From assembly GCF_009914755.1 (NCBI RefSeq), contig NC_060940.1: DNA of 64,000 bases; one strand, 5' to 3'. A program made the translations under genes and the position numbers. This stretch comes from the human T2T-CHM13v2.0 reference genome, Homo sapiens. Under the pieces are notes generated by a model that was given only the letters and a program-made list of their open reading frames with translations, was not told where the DNA came from and searched no databases. Below, in pieces: positions 43,165 to 58,699 of this stretch (within the stretch, counting starts at the first letter, position 1; each line of letters starts with the position of its first letter).

Positions 43165-45930
43165 ATATTGTTCAATCCATCAAGAAGACATAGCAACTAT
43201 AAACATATGTGCATCTAACAACAGAGCCCCCAAAATATATGAAGCAAAAAACTGACAAAATAGGAGGGAGAGACAGACCGTTCCACAATGGTTGGAGACT
43301 TCAATATCCCATATTTAACAATAGACAGAACAACTAGACAGAACAGTAAGAAAATAGATGACTTGAAGAACACTGTAAACCTATTAGACCTAACAGATAC
43401 ATACAGAACATCCCACCCAACAACAACAGAGCATACATTCTTCTCAGGTACACATGGTATGTTCTCCTGAATAGACTACATGTTGGGCCACAAGACAGGC
43501 TTTAATAAACGGTTTAAAATCTGAGAAAAAAAAGGAAATCATACAAAGTACCTTTTCTCACCAACATGGGATAAACTAGAAATTAATAATAGAAGGAAAA
43601 CTGTAAAACTCACAAATATGTAGAAAATAAATGGCACTGTATTAAAACAACCAATGTGTCAAAGAAAAAAATCACAAGGTAACTTAGGAAATATCTTGAG
43701 ACAAAAGAAAACAAAACATACTAATACTGCAATATTTATGAAATGCAGTGAAAGCAGTGCTCAGGGGACATTTACAGGTGTAAACACCTACATTAAAAAA
43801 GAAAAAAAAAGACATCAATAACCTAACTGCATATCTTGAGTAAATTTAAAAAAGAGCAAATAAACCAAAAGCTTGTAGAAAGAAGTAAATAATAAAGATT
43901 AGCATAAAGTAGAGAATACAAAAACAATAGAGAAAATCAAAGAAACCAAAGTCTATTCTTTGGAAAGACCAACAAAATTAATAAAGAAAAATGAAGAAGG
44001 CTCAATGAGAAATGAAAAAAGAGAAATTACTACAGGCTTTACAGAAATAAAAAGAATTATTTTAAAATGCTATAAATAATTGTACACCAACAAACTGTAT
44101 AACCTACATGAAATGGGAAACACAAACAAGCAAAACAGACTCAAAAATGAATAGAAAATCTGAATAGATCTGTAACATGTAAGGAGATTGAATCAGTAAT
44201 CAAAAGCCCCCCAAACGAAGAAAAGGCCAAGACCAAGCCTTCACTGATGAATTCTACCAAACATATAAAGAATTAGCACCAATTCTTCTTAAAATCTTCT
44301 AAAAAGCTAAAAGGGAGGGTATACTTTCAAGCTCATTTTATCAGGCCAGCACTAAACTGATCCCAAAGCCAAAGACATAAGGAGAAAAAAAAAAAAAAAA
44401 AAAAAACTACAGGCCAATATCCCTGACAATATAGATGCAAAAAATTCTCAACAAAATACTAGGAAACCAAATTCAGCAGTATGTTAAAAGGATCACACAC
44501 CATGACCAAGAGGGATTTATCCCAGGAATGCAAGGGTGGCTCGAAACATGAAAATCAATAAATGTAATATGTCACATGAGTAGAATGATGGAAAAAAAAC
44601 ACACAGTCATCCCAATTGACAGCGAAAAGGCATTTGAAAAATTCAATACCCTATTATGATTAAAAATAAAATTTTGAAAAACTAGTAATAAAATGAAACT
44701 CTCTTAACATCATAAAAGATAATTAAGAAAACGCACAGCTAACACCATATTCAGGTAAAAGACTGATAGCTTTTTACCTAAAATCAGGAATAAGACAATG
44801 ATGACCATTTTCTCCACTTCTGTTTAACACAGTACTGGAAGTTCTGCCTTAAACATGACACCAAGAGCTAAGGCAATGAAAGAAAACACAGATACAGTAG
44901 AATTCTTTAAAACTACAATTTGTGTGCATCAAAGGACGTTGTTAAAAGAGAGTGAAAAGATAACCAACAGGACAGGAGAAAATATTTTCAAATCATGTAT
45001 CTGAAACTCAACAATTCAACAACAAAAAAACAAACACCTCAATTTGAAACTAGGCAAAGAAGTTGAATAAGTATTTCTCCAAAGAACACATACAGATGGC
45101 TAATAAGCATATCAAAAGGTGTTCAACAACATTAGTCACTTAGGGAAATGCAATCAAAACTGCAATGAGATACCATTTCACAACTACTAGGATGGCTATA
45201 ATCAAAAAACAGAAAATAACAAGTGTTGGCAAGGACGCAAACTAAAATCCTCATACATTGCTGCTATGGGTGTAAAATGGAAAATGGTTTGGAAGTTTCT
45301 CAAAAAGTTAAAAATAGAATTACCATGGAACTCAGCAACCACCCCTACCTACACAGCCAAAAGAACTGAATCAAGGACTCAAACAGATACTGGTAAGCCA
45401 ATATGCAGATCCACAATAATGGAAAAGTGGAAACAACCTATGTCCACCAACGGATGAATGCATAAACAACATGTGGTATATTCAAAATACCACGAAATAT
45501 TATTCAGCCATAAAAAGGAGTATATTAGAACTCTGATTTAATGAGTCAGATTACATGCTACATATATGTAATGCATGCTAAAACATGGCTGATTACAAGC
45601 TACAACATGGCTGAGCCACAGAAACATTAGGCTGAGTTTTAAAAAGCCAAATAGAAAAGGCCATATGTTATACAATTCCATTTGTATGAAATATACAAAA
45701 TAGGCAAAAGCCACAGAAACAGAAAACAGATGAATGAGTGCCCGGGGCTGGGAAAACAGCAAGTGACACTTAATAGGCATGCGGTTTCCGCTACATAAAA
45801 AATGAACATTGAAAATGTTCTGGAACTAGACAACATTGTGAAAGTACTAAATGCCATTGAAATGTACATTTGAAATGATTAAAATGGAAAATACTATGTT
45901 ATACTGTATATATTTTACCACAATAAAAAG
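43165..45930 (+). mobile_element. L1MB ORF2 to 3' end with an internal deletion near 44847
   Basis: ORF 43288 VGDFNIP..DRTTRQ..DLTDTYR (EN domain); [13 protein letters not shown]; L1MB 3' UTR. Confidence 0.9.
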
Positions 45931-46519
45931 TAGTAAATATATATAAGTACTTTTGACATCAAAAAATTCTAATACAACCATTAATACACCTATCCTGCTA
46001 TTTTTCTTTTCTACTTTCTTAATATTTTTGCTTCCATTTAAGTTATTCCTTCTTTATGGTTTCCTTTCATTTTGTTGTTCTCTTTCTAACTTCTTGAAAT
46101 GAATGCTGAATTTACTCTTCTTTGTTTTTAATAGACATGTTTAAAGTTATGAATGTTCCTCTGAGTACCACTTTAACCCATTATCCAGAAGTTCTAAGAC
46201 TATTTTTTTCATTCATATTATTTTTAAGAAATATTTATTCTGCAATTTAGGCTCTGGTTTTTCATGAGACTAAATTAACTAAAAGTAGTGTCCAAATTAT
46301 GAGAAGTGAACTTTGCTGATGAACCGAGAATTCTTCCCAGTAACACACTTAAAGTGGGATCTTAAGTTGTTTAGAGAACATCCATGAGAGAAAACCAGAA
46401 GGGGAAATGGTTAATAAACATATCAGGGTAAGAGCAGGAAAAAAAGATAGTGATGTTTAACCTGAAGGAAAAATGTCTGCATTTCTAGTAGCCCAGAGCT
46501 TTCTGGAATACTTGAAAGA

Positions 46520-49150
46520 CCTCCACAAACACCTCTTATGCTCTAGGTGCTGGGGATGCAGCAGTGACCAAGACAGATGTGACTCTGTCTTCAAGTACAT
46601 AGTCCTTAAATAGCACAGAAACAATTGACTGATTACAATGATCAGTGCTGGAGAGAAGCTGGGCTGCCCCAAGAATATATCACAAGGAGGTCTATCCTGG
46701 TCTGGGGGTCAGGGAGGCATCCTTAGTGAAACAAGGATGTTTTTAGGGCTCAAAAGGGTAAGAGGACACCAGGCAGGGCCAGAAGAGACAGCATGAGCAA
46801 AGGTCATGAAGCAAAGGATAGCTGCATGAACAAAAAAGAGTCAGTAAGTTTGGTACACAGGGAAGAAAACGGGGAGTGGTGTTAGCCAAGCCTGGAAAGG
46901 TAGGCAAGGGCAAGATCATTAGTATACAGGACTTTTGTCCAAGAGTGATGGGAGGCTACTGAAGACTTTGGGAGAAAGGGACATGTTCATAAAGCGTATT
47001 CAAATAGGAAGAGGGGAAGTGAAATTGTTTCTGTTTGCAGATGACATGATTGTATGTTTAGAAAAACCCCATCGTCTCAGCCCAAAATCTCCTTAAGCTG
47101 ATAAGCAACTTCAGCAAAGTCTCAGGATATAAAATCACTGTGCAAAAATCACAAGTATTTCTACACACCAATAACAGACAAACAGAGAGCCAAATCATGA
47201 GTGAACTCCCATTCACAATTGCTACTAAGAGAATAAAATACCTAGGAGTACAACTTACAAGGGATGTGAAGGACCTCTTCAAAGAGAACTACAGACCACT
47301 GCTCGAGGAAATGAGAGGACACAAACAAATGGAAAAACACTCCATGCTCATGGATAGGAAGAATCAGTATCATGAAAATGGCCTTACTGCCCGAAGTAAT
47401 TTATAGATTCAATGCTATCCCCATCAAGCTACCACTGACTTTTTTCAAAGAACTGGAAAAAACTACTTTAAACTTCATATAGAACCAAAAAAGAGCCCGC
47501 ATAGCCAAGACAATCTGGAGCAAGAAGAACAAAGCTGGAGGCATCATGCTACCTGACTTCAAACTTTACTACAAGGCTACAGTAAACAAAACAGCATAGT
47601 ACTGGTACCAAAACAGAGATATAGACCAATGGAACAGAAAATAGGCCTCAGAAATAACACCACACATCTACCGTCATCCGATCTTTGACCAACCCGACAC
47701 ACAAAAGCAATGGGGAAAAGATTTCCTATTTAATAAATGGTGTTGGGAAAATTGGCTAGCCATATGCAGAAAACTGAAGCTGAACCCCTTCCTTACACCT
47801 TATACAAAAATCAACTCAAGATGGATCAAAGACTTAAATGTAAGACCTAGGACCATAAAAATCCTAGAAGAAAACCTGGGCAATACCATTCAGGACATAG
47901 GCTTTGGCAAAGACTTCATGTCTAAAACACCAAAAGCAATGGCAATAAAAGCCAAAATTGACAAATGGAATCTAATTAAACTAAAGAGCTTCTGCGCAGC
48001 AAAAGAAACTATCATCACAGTGAACAGGCAACCTACACAATGGGAGAAAATTTTTGCAATCTATCCATCTGACAAAGGGCTAATATCCAGAATCTACAAA
48101 GAACTTAAACAAATTTACAAGAAAAAAGCAAACAACCTCAACAAAAAATGGGCAAAGGATATGAACAGACACTTCTCAAAAGAAGACATTTATGCAGCCA
48201 ACAGACATATGAAAAAATGCTCATCATCACTGGTCATTAGAGAAATGCAAATCAAAACCACAATGAGATACCATCTCACGCCAGTTAGAATGTTGATCAT
48301 TCAGAAGTCAGGAAACAAGAGATGCTGGAGAGGTTGTGGAAAAATAGGAACGCTTTTACACTGTCGATGGGAGTGTAAATCAGTCCAACCATTGTGGAAG
48401 ACAGTGTGGCAATTCCTCAAGGATCCAGAACTAGAAATAACATTTGACCCAGCAATCCCATTACTGGGCATATACCCAAAGGATTATAAATCATTCTACA
48501 ATAGCAAAGACTTGGAACCAACCCAAATGTCCATCAATGATAGACTGGATTAAGAAAATGTGGCACATATACACCATGGAATACTATGCAGCCATAAAAA
48601 AGGATGAGTTCATGTCCCTTGTAGGGACACGGGTGAAGCCGGAAACCATCATTCTCAGCAAACTATCACAAGATCAGAAAACCAAACACCGCATGTTCTC
48701 ACTCAGAAGTGGGAGTTGAACAATAAGAACACATGAAAACAGGGAAGGGAACATCACACACCAGGGCCTGTGGGGGGTGGGGGGCTAGGGGAGGGATAAC
48801 ATTAGGAAAAATACCTAATGTAGGTGACGGGTTGATGGGTGCAGCAAACCACCATGGCACGTGCATACCTATGTAACAAAACTGCATATTCTGCACATGT
48901 AACCCAGAACCTAAAGTACAATTTAAAAAAAAAAGACGAAGAAGAAGAAAGTGACATGCTCAGAATTACCTTTCCAAACAGTCGCTTTAAATACATTACA
49001 AGAATAGATGACAAAGAGGATATGCCGGGAGTCTAGTTAAGAGACTATTGTTTCTTCCACAAGAAAGAAATGAGTGCCTTGAATGGCAGCAGGGGAAATG
49101 AAGCCAGCCAGGAAATGGAACTGAGAGGTCTTGGGGACAGAATTCATTGT
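46520..49150 (-). mobile_element. L2, interrupted by L1PA
   Basis: ctaggtgctggggatgcagcagtgaccaagacag...gtgatgggaggctactgaag. Confidence 0.7.
46990..48945 (+). mobile_element. 5'-truncated L1PA (~1.95 kb; RT end, ORF2 C-terminus, 3'UTR)
   Basis: ctgtttgcagatgacatg (FADD); ORF 47918-48553 is the L1 ORF2 C-terminus (CWRGC..GTLLHC..ECK); TSD agaaag(g/t)gacatg(t/c)tca. Confidence 0.97.
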
Positions 49151-49444
49151 TCCTCAGGTAGAAACTACACAAGAAGACTTTGGTTCAATTTATACTACAG
49201 CACTTCCAACAGCCAGTACTTCCATGCCAAAATGGAAGAGACTGCCCTTCAAAGCAAAGCACTCCCTTCCTTAGGAAGTTTCCTAGGAGGTACTGGGTGA
49301 TCATAAGGATACATACACTGGGTGAGAAATTAGACTTGACAGCATCTAAGACATTCTGACCTCTCTTGGTTAAAATCAACAGAAGTGTCAGGTCACCTAG
49401 AAAATTCAATGTGAAACACCTAGGACAGATATAAAATATGTTCG

Positions 49445-49488
49445 TTCTCTCTCTCCTCTCTCTCCTCTCTCTCCTCTGTGTGTGTGTA
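49445..49488. repeat. (CT)n(GT)n compound microsatellite
   Basis: ctctctctcctctc..tgtgtgtgt. Confidence 0.85.
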
Positions 49489-50699
49489 TTATCTCATATC
49501 TCAGTTTTCCTCTCTATTCCCGTTGAGTTCCTCACAGAAAACTATCATGGTAAATTACCATCAGTGTTTTACTGCCTGTCATCAGGTGGTGAAAAATAGT
49601 TTTATATATCTCTTTCTAGTCCTTTGCATTTCTTTATGTATTGAAGTAAATGGTTTTACTTACTTGAACATATTATCTTAATTTTAGTAAAGATTAGTAA
49701 TGTGCATGCTCTGGTAATATTTTTTAATGCCAAGCATGCAGACATATTTGCTAGAATCTGGGATTATCTGCCTTACCCATAGGAAGTCTAGGCATCCTGA
49801 GCACAAACCCAAATAACCAAGGCATCACAGTCCACCAGGTACAAAACTTAAGTACAGTACATGGTAGTAAAGGAAAAGTTTCAGAAACATTATCCTGCCA
49901 ATTCCAACCGTGAAGGAATGCAAGCACCATGCCAAATGAAAGAAAAAGGAAAAAAAGCACATGAAAAAAATGCACTGAGGCTCATAAATATGCTAAAAGG
50001 ACAAAATTAGACTGACCAAGAAATGTTACCAACTGCTCTCAAAATCAGTCTTCTCACTGCTAAAGTTGAGTAAAAGCCAACCAACACGAAGAAGACCAAG
50101 ACTTAAATGGTTTCCACCATCACAATTACTAAGATGTGCAGTCATCACTTTTTGTGAGTCAGCATGGCTTAAAGTAGTATTGACAAACATCCATTCAGAT
50201 TCAAAGAGATGCTTTCCCATCCTGATTAACTCATTCACAAGAACTCCTTTACACACCAAAGCTGCCCTGTGCAATCCCTCTCTTGAACAATACAACAGAC
50301 ACCTGTTTTTGTGCCATAAGCATGGAAAACCAGGAAGATTTTCTTTTTCCTTTTCTTGTTCTTAGTGTAACACTCATTGACCTATACCTGGGATTCTGTG
50401 GAAAGCACAGGTGCAAGACAGTGCTATGATAGAAGTATCATCTACCAACAAAAGGACAGAATTTAGAAGGAAAAGCATAGGCATTTTATAATTTATCAAG
50501 AGATGATTAGAGGCACCTAGGATGACTGGCTTAAATGTTGGTTCAACCGTCTGGTGTCTGTGAATTAATTTATGAATCATAAGATGGAGATAATTCTAGT
50601 ACCCATCTCATAGAAAGGATTACATGATACCATACACGTGGAGAATTTACCATAGTGTCTGGCACATATTAAATGCTATTATTACTGTTTTTATTATGC

Positions 50700-51920
50700 C
50701 CTCATCAAAGGACTAATACCCAGAATCTACAAAGAACTCAACTCAACAAGAAAAAAACAAACAACTATGACTGTTTTGTTTGTTTGTTTTCAACCATTAA
50801 AAACTGGGCAAAGGACATGACCAGACATCTCTCAAAAGAAGACATACAAGTGGCCAAAAATATATATTAAAAAATGCTCAACATCACTAATCATCAGAGA
50901 ATTCAAATTAAAATCACAGTGAGATATCATCTTAAACCAGTCAGAATGGCTTTTATTAAAAAGTCAAAAAAAAACAACAGAGTTGGCTTGGTTGTGGAGA
51001 AAAGGGAACACTCATACACTATTGCTGGGAATGTAAATTAGTTCAACCTCTATGGAAAACAGTATAGAGGTATCTCAAACAGCTAAAAATAGAACTACTG
51101 TTCAACCCAGCAATCCCATTACTGGGTATCTACCCAAAGGAAAAGAAATCATTATATTAAAGAGACACCTGCGGGGCCAGGTGCGGTGGCTCACGCCTGT
51201 AATCCCAGCACTTTGGAAGGCCGAGGGGGTGGATCACGAGGTCAGGAGTTCAAGACCAGCCTGGCCGACATGGTGAAACCCCATCTCTACTAAAAATACA
51301 AAAATTAGCTGGGCATGGTGGTGGGCACCTGTAATCCCAGCTACTCAGGAGGCTGAGGCAGAAGAATCATTTGAACCTGGGAGGCTGAGGTTGCAGTGAG
51401 CCAAGATCACACCACTGCACTCCAGCCTGGGCAACAGAGTGAGACTCCAGCAAAAAAAAAAAGACACCTGCACTTCTATGTTCATCACTGCACTATTACA
51501 AGAGCAAAGTCATGAAACCAATTTAAGTGTCTACCAGTTGTTGACTGGATAAAGAAAATGTCCATGGAATATCATGCAGCCATTAAAAAAAGAATGAAAT
51601 CATATCTTTTGCAGCAACATGGATAGAGCTGAAGGCCATTATCCTAAATGAACTAATAAAGAAGCAGAAAATCAAATACTGTATGTTCTCACTTGTAGAT
51701 GAGACATAAACAAAGGGTACACATGGACATAAAGGTGGTGAAAACAGACACTGGGGACTCCAAAAGGAAAGAAGATGTGAGGGGGATGAGGGTTGAAAAA
51801 TTACCTACTGGGTACAATATGATGGCTACACTAGAAACGCAGCCCCCACCACTATACATGTAATACTTATGTAACAAACTAGCACATGTACCCCAAAATC
51901 TAAAACAAAATAAAATAATA
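50700..51920 (+). mobile_element. L1PB/old L1PA 3' end interrupted by an Alu
   Basis: ggactaatacccagaatctacaa...aatctaaaacaaaa; TSD aaa(t/c)gctattat(t/a)actgttttt. Confidence 0.9.
51175..51462 (+). mobile_element. AluSg-like
   Basis: ggatcacgaggtcaggagttcaagaccagcctggcc; TSD agacacctgc. Confidence 0.9.
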
Positions 51921-53189
51921 GCAAACGCTATTATAACTGTTTTTTACAATTATTATGAAGCATATTCAAGAAAAATAAGAAGTATCATTTCAACAACCTT
52001 TTTATGCAACACCTAGGATCAGAGATTAGGTTACTCCAAGAGATTACACAGCAATTCATTAAGTCAATAACCTAACAGGACTTACACCAGCTTCCCAAAA
52101 AGCCAATACCATAGACGTGGCTACACAAATGCCAAGGGGGTGGTAATAAAATAAAGAAATACCTAAGATAGCAAAGACTTTGCCATCTCTGCCATGTGTG
52201 ATAATCAAGGTGCAAAAACAACCTTTGTCTACACAACACCAAAATATACAGCAATTAAGAGAAAAAAAGGGTTTACAGTTTGAAGAAAGTCCATATATTT
52301 TTGCATCCTAAAGGCAGCTATTGTGTGGCTCCCTTCCTCTTTCTATTAAATACAAGATCTCACCAAAGTCTGCTTCACAGCTCTCATATATACCATATTC
52401 CTCAAAGTGAATGTGGTTTCAGGTGGCAATACAGACAAGCAAATTAGCAATGTAAATATCAAGACATTCAAATTTTATCCTTCCTTCTTAAAGTTACAGG
52501 TGCTTTGGATTCTATTACTTGATCTGACTTCCAACAGTTCACAGACGAGTTTGGATTTCTAGGAAAAGTTTAGATATAAGGTGCTCCCTATAATATCAGT
52601 CAGTCAGGGGGGTAGGTCTCAGCTCCACTCTTGATCACCAGGAGAGCTAAACAAGACTCAAGGCTGTGCTGAGCCTCCCTGCCGTCCTCTGCTAAATCTT
52701 GCATAAGAAAGCGATAATGATGTCAAGATTTTCAAGGAGACTCTCCAGAACAGTCCGGGAAGATACAGTCTCTGTCTCATGTCCAACACACTTAGATTTC
52801 AGTGAAGGCAAATCACCAGTTTTAGCATCTCAAGCATTTGTCTCCTTCAACAGAGTATATGAGGCCCTCACTTTTCATCGCCTGTTAGAGATCTCAGTGA
52901 AAGACTAAACAGACGACTTCAAAACTCTCATCCAACATCCAAGAGTTCTGCCATTTCCAAGATTCAGCAATCCTCTAAATACAAGATTACATTTATTGAT
53001 AACACAAAGATGGATGCTTTCGGTGAGTTTGGCTTATAGGAAAACAATGTCCCATTATTTGATCCATAAAGACATAGGAAACACATTCAAGAATTAAGGA
53101 AAACTGAGAGACTGAAAATGGCTTTAAGCATCAGACCAAAGAGACTATAGAGATATCTGAGACGATTCCAACTTTCATATAAATGAAAG

Positions 53190-54250
53190 ATTGAATAAAT
53201 TAATTATTTCATTAAACAGATTGGTTTTTGAGTCTTGCACTGTGCTAGGTGCTACAGATGAAACAAGACAGACAATCACTGCCCTCACAAAGCTTACAAT
53301 GTAAGTGGGAGATTTAGAAAATAAGATACTACATATTCAGCTGAGTGCTATAACAAGAGAAGAAAAGGGTTCCACAGGAGCCCAAAGAAAGGGTGGAAAT
53401 CTCCTGATAAGCTGAGGAAGCTTGCCAAGAATAACACATAAGCTGAGATCTGAAGTGAGTAGGAATTAAACAAGCAAAAATGTGACAAGGATTGGTAACG
53501 GACAGTGTCCCAGTCATTTGGAAGGATATGATTAAAGGAGAGAGCACAGAACATTCAAGGAACTGAAAACAGATTTCTCTGGATTGAATACATGCTGTAA
53601 CCAGAGAAATAGGAGGAGGTGAGAAGGAGTCAAGCCACAAAAAGCTTATATATCACTTAAAGGCATTTAATCAGGAAAGAGACATAATAAAATGGACATT
53701 GTTGAAAGACTCATGAGTATAGTCCAGAGAAAAATGGAAGTAGGAAGGGCTAGATGCAGAAATATCAGCTGAGAGGTACTAGAAAGACCCAAGCAATGGC
53801 AGTTTTCTCCTGAATTAAAGTGGTGAGAGTATTAAGGAAAAAGGATGGAGTCAAGAAATATGCAGGATGCTGATTCAATAGAACACACATGGCATCTGCG
53901 CAAAACAAAGGAGGCTGCACTTCTACCTTGGGAACAGGTGGATGGGGGTGCTACTGAGGCTAGGAATCCAGAAGGAAGATCCTAACTTCAACTTTTGATA
54001 TTTTGAGTTTAAAGAGCCCAAGTGAAGTTAGATAGATAGTTCCAGAGCTCAGGAGAAAAATCCAGGCAAATGTCCAAGACTTGGCAATCATCCATACAAT
54101 CACTATAGTACAATGAAAGAACAGAAGAACCCTGGGACAAAACCATGAGAAACTGCAATGTTTAAGGAACAGGCAGCAGGAGATGAGGACACAAAGGCAA
54201 CTGAGAGTGGAGGGCCATTCTAGGAAAATATTTCAAGAACAAGAGGTGGC
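53190..54250 (-). mobile_element. L2
   Basis: gcactgtgctaggtgcta..cactgccctcacaaagcttacaat...tccagagctcaggagaaa. Confidence 0.75.
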
Positions 54251-54520
54251 GACCCAAAAGAAGTCACAGCCTCTGAAATATTTACCTATACATGATCCTG
54301 TGCTGTGTGTTGCAATGGGGAGTCAAAGAAACCATAAGCATGCTCCTAACACATGGCCAGTCTATCAGTTCTCACACCCAGGCTGCAACAAGAAGCTGCA
54401 AATGACAAGTGATGTTTTCAAGGGAAGCACCAACAACCAAAAGTACAACCAAGGTGACAGGTGTGTTCTGGGGATCCAGAGTACAGAGACTCACCTACCA
54501 GTAAAGGGCAAGAAGGGATG

Positions 54521-54999
54521 GTGTCATGGATAACGTGATACTCCACCCAGGAGTATCACGTATCCACCCAGGAGTATCTCCTTTTCAGGGTCGATGTGCC
54601 CATCCCCACAGCTGCTAGGAATATCGCTGCTGTGCTGCCAAAAGCTCACAGATGTGTCCCTCAAAGGGAACTGCCCTCTGCCACAGGTAACTACTCCGCC
54701 CAAGTCTATACCCCTTCCCATGGAACAGCCTACCAGCAATGACTGGCCGACGCTGGGATATAAGGGCCCAGTTCCCTTGCCTCAATATGGGACATTTCTG
54801 AAGGGCCATTACAGCTCCAGAGCTGCCCATAGAATCAGCTGAGATCTTAGTTGTAACCTCAATGCAGAGCAGCTTCGCCATCTGTCCTAGCCTGCTTTCC
54901 ACATTTCCTTACAAGTGTGTCTCCCAACAGCACTCTTCAGCAAACCCTCTGGACACAGTTCTCCATTCCAGAGTCCTTCTCCAAGCAACCCAATCTAAA
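54521..54999 (+). mobile_element. LTR16-type ERVL solo LTR
   Basis: gggccattacagctccagagc...ccagagtc..aacccaatctaaaac terminus. Confidence 0.7.
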
Positions 55000-55384
55000 A
55001 CGGACAGTATATCTCAAACTAGGCCAGCCACTGAGGCTAGAGTAGAAAGGCAAAGGTGCAAATGGCAGAAGCAAATGCAAACCACAGGGCGGTCTTTGTG
55101 CGTGCTCAGTGTGAAAGGGCCTCTATCACATGCACACCTTAACAGAGAATGGCCACTCTCAATCCAGTCCTAACCTGTGATGAGGGACAATGGCTTAAAT
55201 GTTTCAATTTGCTTTAAGGCACTTTTGTTACCTAATAAATCTATACAAGGTCTAGTGGAAGGCAAAATGGAAACCTGAATTTCAAGGACAATCTGAAAGA
55301 AAGTTCTTAGAAAACAGAGGGACTAATGCCATACAGGAAGCACTCAATGAAGTTCATTGCAGGAAGGCTAAGGTGGCCTGGAAG

Positions 55385-56966
<1,582 letters not shown>

Positions 56967-57865
56967 GACTAGAAGACAAGGTAATGAAAATCAAGGAGAA
57001 AAGTTCCCTGATCAAGAATTTGAGGGGAGGGCAGTGGCCTCTCAATAGAGGAATCTGTAGTATGGCAATGTGTAGCCCAGGGTCCCAGTCCCACAAACGT
57101 ATCCCTCAAGTCTCCATGTTGAAACTTCTGTAAGTCACTTATAAATCAATGTGGTGATTGATCAACATGAAAATTCTGGGAGAGATGGAATGACTGGAGT
57201 CAAGTGGGAATAATTTGGCAGCGGTGGCCTTTATAAGAGAAACTGGGACATAAAATAAACAAATGGCCCTGCAAGCCTTCTCAGGAACCCATCGCTTTAT
57301 AAAGTCCTGGTCAATGAATGGACCTTTCACTGGAGTGGTGTGACCTTTGGAGGTAGCAGCTTCTACTCGCTGGCTAAGGCTAACTGCACAACACAGAAGC
57401 ATGACAATGAACTGAGGGAAGGGACAAGAAGGGGTGGATCAGGACCAAGAAGTGCTACTCCACAACCCCCACCATTCACCAACCTACCAGAGCCAGGGGC
57501 TGACTCCAGACAAGGATAAATTTCAGGCCCAGGATAGGCCTCTCCTCAAGGTCCAGCACCACCATGCCTGCCATCCTGAGCACTCCAGTGTGACAGAACA
57601 CCCAGGCCTGGTTGAGTTCTTAGAGTTACCAGTTCTAGTCTAAGACCCAGAGCTCTACGCTTGCCCCTCATTACACATGCATACATGTGTGAGATGATGT
57701 GAGCTACTGAAATCAAGGCATTTATTTGAAGAAGTAATAGACTGAAACAGAAGAAGAGTTTTCAAAAATAGAAGAGATCTCATTTTATAGAAGTTCAAAA
57801 GATTAAAAGCTTTGTCTAGCCATACACTATTACCAAATGATGGAGTTGTGGACAACAACCCTAAC

Positions 57866-58270
57866 TGCATCAGTCAGGATTCAACCAGAGAAGCAGAATC
57901 ACTAGAATATATACATTAAGAGATTTAGTGCAAGGAATTATCTTACATAGTTGTGGGGCTGGCTAGTCAAGTCCAAAATCCATAGGCTAGATCATCAGGA
58001 AGAGCAAGTGGGAATACTTGGGCCCAGGCTAAAGCTGCTGTCCACATCTGGAATTTCTAGCTCTTCAGGGAAGCCTCAGTTCTAGTTTTGAGGCCTTTCA
58101 ACTGATTGAGTCAGGACCATGAAGATTATTTAGGATAATCTCCCTTATTAAGTCAACTGATTATGAACTGTAATCAAATCTACAAAAGACCTTCACAGCA
58201 ACACCTAGATTTTGACTGAGTAACTGGAGACTGGAGCCAGCCAAATTCACACATAAAACTGACCATCACA
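57866..58270 (-). mobile_element. MLT2 (ERVL) solo LTR
   Basis: agtcaggattcaaccagagaagcagaa...ggcctttcaactgattg...cataaaactgaccatcaca. Confidence 0.85.
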
Positions 58271-58699
58271 TAACTTATCAATAGCACCATCATCTTCTTT
58301 CCACCTTAGCCCTCCTCACTAAATGCGGCTGCAACAAATTCTTAATGAACAAAATTTTTGTATGACTCCATTACGTATGTTCTACTTTTTTCTCCAATTA
58401 AAATTACTGAAGACATGAAACACATCTGTTATATGTCAGCAGGGCTTATGGAAAATCACCTCTTCTAAACATGTAGATCCAAAGTCTACACCACAATCTT
58501 TTGTTATCCAAGTCATCCAAAGGGGCAGAGAGTGTATAGAACTAGAAAAGTGGAGATGACTAATCCATTCTCCCACTTCACCCTGGATATCACATTCACT
58601 TTCTTTTTACTATCATGCCCAAGACTCTTAGAAGAGTTGCCCATACAAGATGTCTCTAAATCCAGAAGACCCAAACTCCTCGATTCCTCATCACACTGC

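Noticed and set aside
47918-48719. 211-aa ORF as a host gene or active L1
   Set aside because: It is the L1 ORF2 C-terminus of a 5'-truncated, frameshifted copy.
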